DNA of 32,000 nt from Gemmata obscuriglobus (GTDB lineage: Bacteria; Planctomycetota; Planctomycetia; Gemmatales; Gemmataceae). Location of the stretch: NCBI RefSeq assembly GCF_008065095.1, contig NZ_CP042911.1:480001-512000 (forward strand), in the 5' to 3' direction. The notes beneath the pieces were generated by a model. That model was not told where the DNA came from. It worked only from the letters and a program-made list of their open reading frames with translations, and did no database searches. Both the position numbers and the translations under genes were made by a program. This document shows positions 15,212 to 23,419 of the stretch, piece by piece. The stretch's first letter is position 1. The number at the start of each line of letters is the position of its first letter.

Positions 15212-18200
15212 TCAGCCGTCCAGCACCGCGCGCACCTTGCGGGCCAGCGCTTCGGCCGTGAACGGCTTCTGGAGGAACGCCACCTCGGCCGACCGCACCC
15301 CGTGCCGCACGACCGCGTCGTCGGTGTACCCCGACACGTACAGCACCCGGAGCCCGGGGCGCGACCACTGGAGCGCCTCGGCCAGTTGCCGCCCGCCCAT
15401 CCCCGGCATCACCACGTCGGTGATCAGCAGCGGGAGCGGCCCGCGGTGGGCCGCGGCCGTCTGGAGCGCTTCGCCCGCGCCGGGCGCTTCGAGCACCGTG
15501 TACCCGCGCTCGCGGAGCACCTCGCGGGCCAGCGCCCGGACCTCCGTGTCGTCTTCGACCAGCAGAACCGTTTCCGTGCCATCCGGAACGGCCGGCAGCG
15601 GCGTCGCGACCCCCGACGAACCCGGGCCGGCGCCGGCGGCGGGGAAGTACACCTGGAACGTGGTCCCGTGACCGATCACGGAGTCCACCTCGATGTGCCC
15701 GCCCGCCTGCTCGACCACGCCGTGAACCACCGCGAGCCCCAGCCCGGTGCCCCGGCCCGCCCCCTTGGTGGTGAAGAACGGCTCGAACAGCCGCGCCTTC
15801 ACCTCGTCGGACATCCCGCACCCGGTGTCGGTCACGGAGAGCAGGACGTACCGCGCCCCGTCGCGCTCGACGTTGCTGGTCTCGACGGTGAGCCGGCCGC
15901 CGGTGGGCATCGCGTCGCGCGCGTTCACCACCAGGTTCATCAGCACCTGTTCCGCCTGCCCGGGGTCGGCCACCACCTGCGCCAGCTCCGGGTCCGCCAC
16001 CGTCGTCAGCTCGATGTCCTCGCCGATCAGCCGGCGCAGCAGCCGCTCGGCCTCGGCCACCACCACGTTGAGCGACAGCGGGCGCGGCTGGATCACCTCC
16101 TGGCGGCTGAACGCGAGCAGTTGCCGGGTGAGCCCGGCCGCCCGCTCGCCGGCCTTGACGATCTCGCCGACCAGGGTCCGCTCCCGCCCGGTCAGGCGGT
16201 CGCCGAGCATCCCGCCGAACCCCAGGATCACGGTGAGCAGGTTGTTGAAGTCGTGCGCCACCCCGCCCGCCAGCCGCCCCACCGCTTCCATCTTCTGGGA
16301 CTGGAGGAGCTGGGCCTCCAACTGCTTGAGCGGGCTCACGTCGGTCTGGATCGCGACGAAGTGGGTCAGCGCGCCCGCCCCGTCGCGGACCGGGGCCACC
16401 GTCAGCGCGTTCCAGAACGGCTTGCCGTCCTTGCGGTAGTTGAGCAGCTCGACCAGCGCGGCCCGCCCGTCCCGCAGCGCCGCGCGGACGGCCGCCACCG
16501 CGCTCGGGTCGGTGCCCTTGCCCTGGAGGAACCGGCAGTTGCGGCCCAGCGCCTCGGCGGCGGGGTAGCCGGTCATCCGCTCGAACCCCGGGTTCACGTA
16601 CACCAGGGGGTGGTCCGGCCGGGTGGCGTCGGCGATCGCGACCCCCTGGGGGAACGCCGCCAGCGCCCGGTCGCGGAGCCGCATCTGCTCCTCCGCCCGC
16701 CGCCGCTCGACGAACTGGGCGATCAGGTCCGCGGCGCCGCCGAGGGCCTCGCGCGCCGGGGCGCCGAGCGCGGTCCGGGCGAACGTGGCCAGCACCCCGA
16801 CCAGCCGCCCCTCGACCAGCAGCGGGTACCCGGCGAACCCGACCAGCCCCGCACTCCGGACGCGCTCCGGCTCGCCCGTCAGGGGGTCGTCGGCGACCGC
16901 ATCGGTCCAGTACGGCTTCCGCTCCTCGGCGATGCGCCCGACCAGCAGCCGGCCGACCGGGATCCGGGCGTACAGGCCGTCGGTGGACGCGGTCAGCCCG
17001 GCGCTGGCCCGCAGCTCCAGCACCGTGCCCCCTTCGGGCAGAACCCACACGCGCACCAGCGCCGCGCCGAGCTCGTCGACCACGGCCGCGCAGCACGCCC
17101 GCAGCGCCTCCGGCTTGTCGCCCCCGCGGGCCACCGCCGCGGCCACCCCGGCCCGCATCGCCGCGGCCCGCTCGCGCTCGGCCCGGCGCGCCTCGGCCCG
17201 GTTCCGCTCGGTCACGTCCCGGTTCACGCTCAGCACGGCCGGGCGGCCGTCGAACTCCACCACCGACGCGTTCACCTCCAGCTCCATGCGCGCCCCGTCG
17301 CGGCGGAACTGGACCGTCTCGAACTGGTACACGTCGCGCCCGTCGGTCGCCGCGGCGACGTGCACGAGTCCCCCCGCGGGGTCCGCCGACAGGTCGGCGA
17401 GCGACCGGCCGACGAACTCCTCGCGGGGCAGGCCGTACGCCCGGCACGCCGCGGGGTTCACGTCGAGCACCCGCTCGCCGTCCGGGTCGAACACCAGCAC
17501 CGGGTCGTGCGCGTGCTCGAACAGGGTGCGGTAGTACCGCTCGGACCGGGCCACCGCCTCGGCCGCCCGGCGCGAATCGGTCACGTCCCGGACGATGCTG
17601 GTGAAGAACGTCTCCCCGCCGGCCTCCCACGCGGTCACCGTCAGCTCGGCCGGGAACTCGGTCCCGTCCCGCCGCTGCGCGTCCACCGCCACCACCTGTC
17701 CCACCACCGACGACGGCCGCCCGGGCCGGTACTCGGCCAGCCGCCCCGCGTGGGCCGCCCGGTACCGGGCGGGGATGATGCGGGTGATGTCCGAGCCCGT
17801 GGCGGCCTCGGCCGGGCACCCGAACACGCGCTCCGCGCCGCGGTTCCACCCGACCACGAGCCCGTGCCGGTCGGTGGTGATGATCGCGTCCGTCGCGGAC
17901 TCCACCACCGACCGCAGCCGCTCCTCGCTCGCCCGCAGCTCCAGCTCGGCCTGCTTCCGCGCGGTGATGTCGCGGGACGTGATGACGACCCCGTCCCCGA
18001 GCGGCACCACCTGGTGCTGGAGCCAGCACGACACGCCCTCCGGCGTCTGAAACGGGAACTCCTCTTCGAGCGGCTCCCGGGTGACCACCACGCGGGCGTA
18101 CCGGTCACAGAACCCGCCGGTGCGGTTGACGGGGAGCATCTCGCACAGCCGCTGCCCGACGGTCTCGGCGCGGGTCCGCGCCACGAGGTGTTCGCCGGCC

Positions 18201-18748
18201 GGGTTCACGTCGTCGAACGTGAAGTCCGTAATCAGCCCGTCGGGGTCGCGGACGGCGGTCAGGAAGAACATGGCGTCGAGGCTGCCGTTCATCGCCGCCC
18301 GGAACCGCTCCTCGCTGGCCCGCAGCTCGGCCTCGACCCGGCGCCGCTCGGCCACCTCGCGCTCCAGCTCCTCCGGGGAGCGCATCGCGAACGCCTTCGG
18401 GATCACCGGCAGCAGCGACAGCACGGTGGCCCACGACACCACGGCGGTGGCGAGCTTGACGAGCCCGGCCAGCCGGTACGCGGGCCACCAGAAGATGATC
18501 GCCTCGATCAGGTGCGTGGTGCCGCACAGGAGGATGAACGCGCTGAACAGCCAGAACAGGTTGCGGAACGGGACATCCTTGCGGCGCCGCGCGAACAGCA
18601 CCAGCGCGATCGGGATGGCCAGGTACGCGGACCACACGCCCAGGTCGGACAGGATGTGCAGCCAGCCCAGCGGCGCGTCCCAGTTCCCGCACCGCCACCG
18701 GGCCGGGAAGTCGGACGTGTCGAACAGGGAGAGCCAAAAGTGTTGCAT
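15212..18748 (-). CDS. hybrid sensor histidine kinase: ETR1-like membrane domain, 3 PAS, GAF, LOV, HisKA, HATPase_c, receiver
   Basis: The H-box is AHDFNNLL (His codon 16255-16253). N/G boxes are NLVVNARDAM, DTGCGM and GTGLGL. The receiver context is LLITDVVMPGMGG. The LOV motif is GRNCRFLQG. The N-terminal triple-helix domain carries LCGTTHL. The start was set at ATG 18748 (MQHFW); the track ORF starts at a TTG at 18787. Confidence 0.9.
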   Translation of the reverse strand: MQHFWLSLFDTSDFPARWRCGNWDAPLGWLHILSDLGVWSAYLAIPIALVLFARRRKDVPFRNLFWLFSAFILLCGTTHLIEAIIFWWPAYRLAGLVKLATAVVSWATVLSLLPVIPKAFAMRSPEELEREVAERRRVEAELRASEERFRAAMNGSLDAMFFLTAVRDPDGLITDFTFDDVNPAGEHLVARTRAETVGQRLCEMLPVNRTGGFCDRYARVVVTREPLEEEFPFQTPEGVSCWLQHQVVPLGDGVVITSRDITARKQAELELRASEERLRSVVESATDAIITTDRHGLVVGWNRGAERVFGCPAEAATGSDITRIIPARYRAAHAGRLAEYRPGRPSSVVGQVVAVDAQRRDGTEFPAELTVTAWEAGGETFFTSIVRDVTDSRRAAEAVARSERYYRTLFEHAHDPVLVFDPDGERVLDVNPAACRAYGLPREEFVGRSLADLSADPAGGLVHVAAATDGRDVYQFETVQFRRDGARMELEVNASVVEFDGRPAVLSVNRDVTERNRAEARRAERERAAAMRAGVAAAVARGGDKPEALRACCAAVVDELGAALVRVWVLPEGGTVLELRASAGLTASTDGLYARIPVGRLLVGRIAEERKPYWTDAVADDPLTGEPERVRSAGLVGFAGYPLLVEGRLVGVLATFARTALGAPAREALGGAADLIAQFVERRRAEEQMRLRDRALAAFPQGVAIADATRPDHPLVYVNPGFERMTGYPAAEALGRNCRFLQGKGTDPSAVAAVRAALRDGRAALVELLNYRKDGKPFWNALTVAPVRDGAGALTHFVAIQTDVSPLKQLEAQLLQSQKMEAVGRLAGGVAHDFNNLLTVILGFGGMLGDRLTGRERTLVGEIVKAGERAAGLTRQLLAFSRQEVIQPRPLSLNVVVAEAERLLRRLIGEDIELTTVADPELAQVVADPGQAEQVLMNLVVNARDAMPTGGRLTVETSNVERDGARYVLLSVTDTGCGMSDEVKARLFEPFFTTKGAGRGTGLGLAVVHGVVEQAGGHIEVDSVIGHGTTFQVYFPAAGAGPGSSGVATPLPAVPDGTETVLLVEDDTEVRALAREVLRERGYTVLEAPGAGEALQTAAAHRGPLPLLITDVVMPGMGGRQLAEALQWSRPGLRVLYVSGYTDDAVVRHGVRSAEVAFLQKPFTAEALARKVRAVLDG

Positions 18749-18916
18749 GGCGCGCGGTCTTGGGTCCAACACGTTGCCCGGCACCAACTCTATAACATGG
18801 CTGCGACAGGCAAAGCCGGTTGGCCGCTTTCCGTGCGCGGCGCCTCCGCTGTGGTTGAAATGTTGTTGCCAGGCGACAACGGGCCGGCGCGAGGGGCGCT
18901 ATTTTGAGGCGGGCCG

Positions 18917-20896
18917 TCAGCGGGCGCCGACGGCCCGGAAGTTCGCTCGCGCCTGATCGAACGCCGCGACCGCCCGGGCCAGGCCGGGCGCCAACTTCTC
19001 GACCGCCTGTCGGCAGGCCGGGGCGAGCGCCCCGAGTTCGCCGAGCCGGCGCTCCAGTTCGGCCAGGGCCTGCTGCTGGCGGGCGCGATATTTCACGACC
19101 AGCGCCTGTTGCTCGGCCGGAGACGTGGCGCCCCGCGGGTCGAACCGGAACGCCCGCAGCACCTCGTTCTTCCAGGCCATGACGTTGTTCGTCAGGGCGT
19201 CCCCGAACCCTTTGATCCCGCGCACCCGGTCCCACTCCACGTCGGCCGCCGTCACGACCCCGGCGGCGGCCAGGGTCTGTTTTCGCCCCGCCCCGATCTT
19301 CGGGATTTCGGCGTCCGCGAGCGGGTGGAGTTGGAGGTGCCGGCGGAGCGCCGCCGCTTCCGCGTGTGCGGCCAGTTGTCGCACCTCCCCTTGATACTGC
19401 GACGCCAGGGCGCGGCACTCGTCGACGAGGCGCCGGACGCGGCGGTCCCCGTCCGCGTGATCGCGCTGGTACGCGCGGACCCGCCGGCGCCACTTGTCTT
19501 CGAGGTCTGCGAGGTCGTCGCTCGCGTGCCGGTACGCCGCGCGGCGGCGGCGGTACTCCTGCCGCCACGGCGACCGCGCGACCAGCACCGCCAGCCACCC
19601 GCCGAACGCCAGCGCACCCAAAAGGGCGATGACGCACATGAACTCGCGGACCAGCCCCAGCGGCATCGCCAGCGCGCACAGTGCGGCCGCGCCGCCGACG
19701 ATCCGCGTCACGTTCCGGTGCTCGTCGAGCCCCTCCGGGAGCGGGTCCGGCGCGGGGGCGGCCGGCGGGGCGAACCGGGCGCGGTCGTAGCGGAACTCGG
19801 CCGGTTGGGTGCGGCCCAACCGCTCCAGCACGTCCCGCAACTTCTCCTCATCGACCTCGAAAGTGCCCGAAGTGCCGCCGGCGCCGAAGAAGTACTCCGG
19901 CCCGCCCCGGGCCGCCAGCCGGCACCACACGCACCCGCCAACGGCCCCGCGCCAGTACCGGTGCCCCGGGTCGGCCGCGCAGAGCACGGATTCCTGTTCG
20001 AGGGCCTGGAGCGCGGGCACCCACTCGGCGGCGCTGGGGCGCCCCCCGGCCTCGCTCCCGCGCTCGAACGCCCGGCAGAACAGGTTCCCGAGGTCGGGCG
20101 GGATGTCGGCGAAGGTCGGCGTGTGCGGCGGCGGCGCCATTCCCCAGGTGTGCGCCCGCGGCCCCTGGGCGAACTTGAACCCGGCGATCAGTTCCTCGAA
20201 CGACGGGTCGTCCGGCCCGGTGTACACCCCGGCGTAGGGGTGCCGGCCGACGAACAGGAGCTGATAAATCAGCACCGCCAGCCCGAACCGGTCGTGGTTC
20301 TCGGTCCGCACCAGCCCGCGCAGGTGCTGGCCCTGTAACTCCGGCGGGGTGTAGTGCGGGGTGCCCACGTCGCACAGGTACGACGCGCCGCCGGCGCGCA
20401 CCTGGAACGAGTCGCAATCGATCAGCCCGATGCGGGCGTCCGGCAGCACCAGCGCGTTGCTCTGGTTCACGTCGCACACCAGGCACCCGGCCTTGTGCAC
20501 CTCGTCGAACGCGGCCGCCAAGTTCCGCGCGGCGGCGACCTGAAAGGTCCAGCCGGCGCGCGGGAACGCCTTGAGCCGCATGACCGGGTTGTAGAGCTGC
20601 TGGACCGGGTGGCCGTTCGACACGCGCGGCATGACGAACCCGGCCGCGGCGCGGGTCCGCGCGTCGAACAGCACCGCGGTCGGCCACGCGGTCATTTGCT
20701 TGAGCGCCGGGCTGGCGAGCGCGACCATCGCGGCCAGCTTCTCGCCGCGCCGCGGGTCGCCCGGCTTGAGGTACACTTTCGCGACCTGGGCGGGGTCGTT
20801 GGGCAGGGCGAACACGGCCCCCTCGCCGCCCGACGCGAGGTGCGCGGCGAGCGGGAACGGGCGCCCCTGGGCGTCGATCAGTGCGGGTGGGGTCAT
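18917..20896 (-). CDS. yegI: membrane-anchored Ser/Thr protein kinase of the vWA-PP2C-kinase triad (YegI-like) with C-terminal helix-hairpin-helix motifs
   Basis: Kinase elements are GGEGAVF (G-loop), VAKVY (Lys), CDVNQSN (catalytic loop), IDCDSF (DFG equivalent) and GTPHYTPPE. A Cys cluster (C..H....CVWC) and two hydrophobic helices follow. HhH-like IPKIGAGRKQTLAAAGV and IKGFGDALTNNV lie near the C-terminus. The ATG overlaps the stop of the PP2C gene (ATGA). Confidence 0.85.
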   Translation of the reverse strand: MTPPALIDAQGRPFPLAAHLASGGEGAVFALPNDPAQVAKVYLKPGDPRRGEKLAAMVALASPALKQMTAWPTAVLFDARTRAAAGFVMPRVSNGHPVQQLYNPVMRLKAFPRAGWTFQVAAARNLAAAFDEVHKAGCLVCDVNQSNALVLPDARIGLIDCDSFQVRAGGASYLCDVGTPHYTPPELQGQHLRGLVRTENHDRFGLAVLIYQLLFVGRHPYAGVYTGPDDPSFEELIAGFKFAQGPRAHTWGMAPPPHTPTFADIPPDLGNLFCRAFERGSEAGGRPSAAEWVPALQALEQESVLCAADPGHRYWRGAVGGCVWCRLAARGGPEYFFGAGGTSGTFEVDEEKLRDVLERLGRTQPAEFRYDRARFAPPAAPAPDPLPEGLDEHRNVTRIVGGAAALCALAMPLGLVREFMCVIALLGALAFGGWLAVLVARSPWRQEYRRRRAAYRHASDDLADLEDKWRRRVRAYQRDHADGDRRVRRLVDECRALASQYQGEVRQLAAHAEAAALRRHLQLHPLADAEIPKIGAGRKQTLAAAGVVTAADVEWDRVRGIKGFGDALTNNVMAWKNEVLRAFRFDPRGATSPAEQQALVVKYRARQQQALAELERRLGELGALAPACRQAVEKLAPGLARAVAAFDQARANFRAVGAR

Positions 20897-21645
20897 GGGC
20901 GGCGGGCGGCTAGTACGAGCGTCTTGTCGTCGTCGGTGCGCTCGTTCACGCGGGCGGAGTTGAGGAACTGACGCAGCGGCTCGAACAGGGCTTCGGTGTC
21001 GGGCTCGGTCCGGAGCCGCCGGAACAGCGGTGTGAAGAACCCGGCGTGCGGGGCGCGGGCGGCGAAATCCAGTGCCAGGCGCTGGAGCCCGTCTGTCAGT
21101 GCGGCGAGTTCGGTCACCCGGTCGGCGACCACCTCGGTCCGGATCGCGCCGGCGAACCCGTCGTCGGTCAGGAAGTCGGTGGCGTTGGCGTACTCCGCCG
21201 GTTCGGGCCAGAACACGACGCGGTACCCGTCACCCGCCCCGCACACGATCGCCCCGTCGCCGAGTTGTGCGAACGCCGCGGTCTCCGGGCCGACCAGGGC
21301 CACGAGCGCCGTCGAGGCCAACTCGCGGGGCGGCACCTCCAGGGCGTCGGCCCGCGCCAGGACGGCCGAGCGGACGGCGGCGAACAGGTCGACGAGCGCC
21401 GCCGGCGCGCACAGGTCGGCGGGCACCGCCCGCGTCACGAGGCGCACGAACTCGTCGCACACCAGTTCGGCCCCGACATCGGACCGGGACGCGCTGCCCG
21501 CGCCGTCGGCCACGGCCACGAGCAGCCAGGCGCCGCCCGGACCGCAGTGGCAGACCCGGAACGCGTCCTGACAGGGAACGCTCCGGGCCGCGTGGGAGGT
21601 GCCGGGGGCGCTTTCGCCGAGGGTCCGCCAAATCGGGTCGGTCAC
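20893..21645 (-). CDS. yegK: PP2C-family Ser/Thr phosphatase of the triad (YegK/PphC-like)
   Basis: Motifs GTSH....PCQDA, VAVADGAGSAS, LGDGAIV, AEYANATDFLTD, LTDGLQRLAL, PHAGFFTPLF and VNERTDDDKTLVLA are present. The GTG start at 21645 overlaps the vWA stop (GTGA). The longer track ORF to 21936 runs out of frame through the vWA gene. Confidence 0.85.
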   Translation of the reverse strand: MTDPIWRTLGESAPGTSHAARSVPCQDAFRVCHCGPGGAWLLVAVADGAGSASRSDVGAELVCDEFVRLVTRAVPADLCAPAALVDLFAAVRSAVLARADALEVPPRELASTALVALVGPETAAFAQLGDGAIVCGAGDGYRVVFWPEPAEYANATDFLTDDGFAGAIRTEVVADRVTELAALTDGLQRLALDFAARAPHAGFFTPLFRRLRTEPDTEALFEPLRQFLNSARVNERTDDDKTLVLAARRP

Positions 21646-22391
21646 AGGCTGGCCCACCCGGCCGGCGGCGCCAGTTTGACCTGCTCCTCCTGGCCCGGGT
21701 TGGAGTGGGACACGCTCCGCTGCGACTGCGACAGCCAGAGGAACATCTCCTTGAAGCTGTACCCCTTGAGGTGCAACGGCTGGCGAACGGAGATCTGCTT
21801 CAGCCGGTCCATGTTCGCCCCCTCCACGCCCACGGCGAAGAACGCGAACTGCTTCTTTTCCTCCCCCTCGCGCACGCGGGCCGCCGCGGCCTCCCACGCG
21901 TCGGTGGGTTCGCCGTCGGTGATCAAGAAGATCCACGGGCGGTAGAAGTGGAGCCCGTTCTGCCGGTACTCGCGCTTGCGCTCGGTGACCGCGTCGATCG
22001 CCTTCAGGATCGCCGCGCCCATCGGCGTTTCGCCGTTCGCGGTCAGAACGGGCGGGGTGAACTGCGATGTCGTCACGAACGGGGTGACGGTCCGGACCGT
22101 GTCGCCGAACGTGACGACGGACACCTCGACGCGCTGGGCCGCGAGCGGGTCGTTCGTCACGTCCGCCTGGTACACGCGCAGGCCCTCGTTGACCAAATCG
22201 ATCCGGGTCGTGCCGCCGGAAACGACCCGGTACGTCTTCCCGTCAACCTGGGCGGTGCGTCCCAGGTCGCGGCCGGTGCCGCTCACCACTTCCGCCATCG
22301 ACCCGGAGGTGTCGATGAGCAGCACGCACGGGCACCGCGGTTCCGGGTTGGTCGCCAGGGCGACATCACTGAACGGGATTTGTTCGGCCAC
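21642..22391 (-). CDS. yegL: TerY/YegL-type von Willebrand factor A domain protein
   Basis: AEQIPFSDVALATNPEPRCPCVLLIDTSGSM (MIDAS DxSxS), TPMGAA, YRPWIFLITDGEPTD and FAFFAVGVEGANM are present. The start was set at GTG 22391, which matches the family N-terminus; the track ORF starts at GTG 22445. Confidence 0.85.
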   Translation of the reverse strand: MAEQIPFSDVALATNPEPRCPCVLLIDTSGSMAEVVSGTGRDLGRTAQVDGKTYRVVSGGTTRIDLVNEGLRVYQADVTNDPLAAQRVEVSVVTFGDTVRTVTPFVTTSQFTPPVLTANGETPMGAAILKAIDAVTERKREYRQNGLHFYRPWIFLITDGEPTDAWEAAAARVREGEEKKQFAFFAVGVEGANMDRLKQISVRQPLHLKGYSFKEMFLWLSQSQRSVSHSNPGQEEQVKLAPPAGWASL

Positions 22392-22872
22392 GAGCGACCC
22401 CCGAACGGCTTTGAGCGGCGTTCTGCCTCGGACGAGTATATTCACACCTCGCCGCGGCGGGCAGTCGCGGGCGGTCGGCGGCCCGTCACCGTTCTGCCGG
22501 CCGTCAGGGCCGGACCGACTTCACGGCGGCGTTGCCGAACCAGACGACTCGGTAGTTTTGGTCCAGGGGGTCGAGGCCGCACGCACGCTGCTGGGGGCAG
22601 CTAAGAATTCGCGCCGACGCACTCACACGCACGCCCATCACCCGCCTCGTATCGCCTCGACGCAACGGCGCGAATTAAGCCGCCGCGCGGGCGCCGTTCC
22701 AAGTGAAATGACGCCCGGTCGGATGCCAGATCCGGCCGGGCCGACGCCGCACGCTTGATCAAACTCAAAGGGGGTTGGCACCGAGATGCAGTTAATCAAC
22801 TGTGACGGCTCGGCCGACCGGCGAGGCGTGGACGTGGTCACTCCGAAGGCCCGGATCAGGGCAGCCGCCCGG

Positions 22873-23100
22873 TCACTCTTTCAGCTTCCAGACTTTCGCG
22901 GTCTTATCGGCCGAGCCAGTGACGGCGACAGCCGGGGGCCAGAACGGTCTCCACCAGCAGCCACGCGAGCCGTGGGAGCCGAGTGCAGGACCAGAGTGGT
23001 TGCAAGGGCCGAAAACCACTGGCACGACGAAGGCACCAGATGCGATGGTGACGCAGTCGCGTCCATCCCAAGCGAGGGTGCTGTGGTAACCCCATCGTCT
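22873..23100 (-). pseudogene. decayed WD40-repeat fragment
   Basis: The minus-strand translation ends ...AVTGSADKTAKVWKLKE, a WD40 blade signature. Upstream WD-like pieces are scattered over different frames. There is no intact start or N-terminal part. Confidence 0.35.
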
Positions 23101-23335
23101 GGACGAGTCGGCGCCTGTATACCTACCCTTACTCAGCCGCTCGAATACAGGAAGCCGCGCAAAGTACAGCCACAGCCGAGAATAAACCGCACGAAAACAT
23201 CGGCAACGAGACCACAACCCAAAAAACGCCGGTCAGGCCCAGCGCGTCAACCCGAAAACGGGTGAACCCGCCGGCACGATCGATACCACGAGTATCGCCG
23301 ACACGACCGATCGACAGCGCTCTCGTTCAAGACAG

Positions 23336-23370
23336 AAGGCCCGCATCTCCAAAAGGGTGTGGGCCTTTTC
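23336..23370 (+). terminator. orphan intrinsic-terminator-like hairpin (plus-strand polarity)
   Basis: AAGGCCCGCA-12 nt-TGTGGGCCTT followed by TTC. A G:U pair forms only in the plus-strand RNA (it becomes C:A on the minus strand). No convincing upstream plus-strand gene exists. Confidence 0.35.
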
Positions 23371-23390
23371 ACACGTTAGAATCGGACCTT

Positions 23391-23419
23391 TTGACCCCTC
23401 GGGTAACCTCCGATACTTT
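23391..23419 (+). promoter_or_regulatory. putative sigma70-like promoter of the channel-like gene: TTGACC, 17-nt spacer, TACTTT
   Basis: The hexamers and spacing were read directly from the sequence. The promoter lies 35 nt upstream of ATG 23455. Confidence 0.35.

Noticed and set aside
15156-18029. 957-aa minus-strand ORF in an alternative frame of the kinase region
   Set aside because: It is an Arg/Gly/Pro-rich off-frame read-through of the same gene, with no motifs.
15209-18907. 1232-aa plus-strand ORF, the longest in the track
   Set aside because: It is antisense to the hybrid histidine kinase. Its composition is dominated by Arg/Pro/Gly/His and it has no recognisable domain, whereas the minus-strand frame carries complete PAS, GAF, LOV, HisKA, HATPase and REC signatures. 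This is a typical high-GC shadow ORF.
21646-21936. Upstream extension of the PP2C ORF (track 20893..21936)
   Set aside because: It runs through the 3' end of the vWA gene out of frame. GTG 21645 reproduces the family N-terminus and the GTGA coupling.
21072-22604. 510-aa plus-strand ORF, plus 21046..21945
   Set aside because: Both are antisense to the vWA and PP2C genes and extremely Arg/Pro-rich.
22786-23265. 159-aa plus-strand ORF ending about 70 nt before the orphan terminator
   Set aside because: It is Arg-rich, lies antisense to the WD40 debris, and has no start context or homology. It is kept only as a remote possibility for what the terminator once served.
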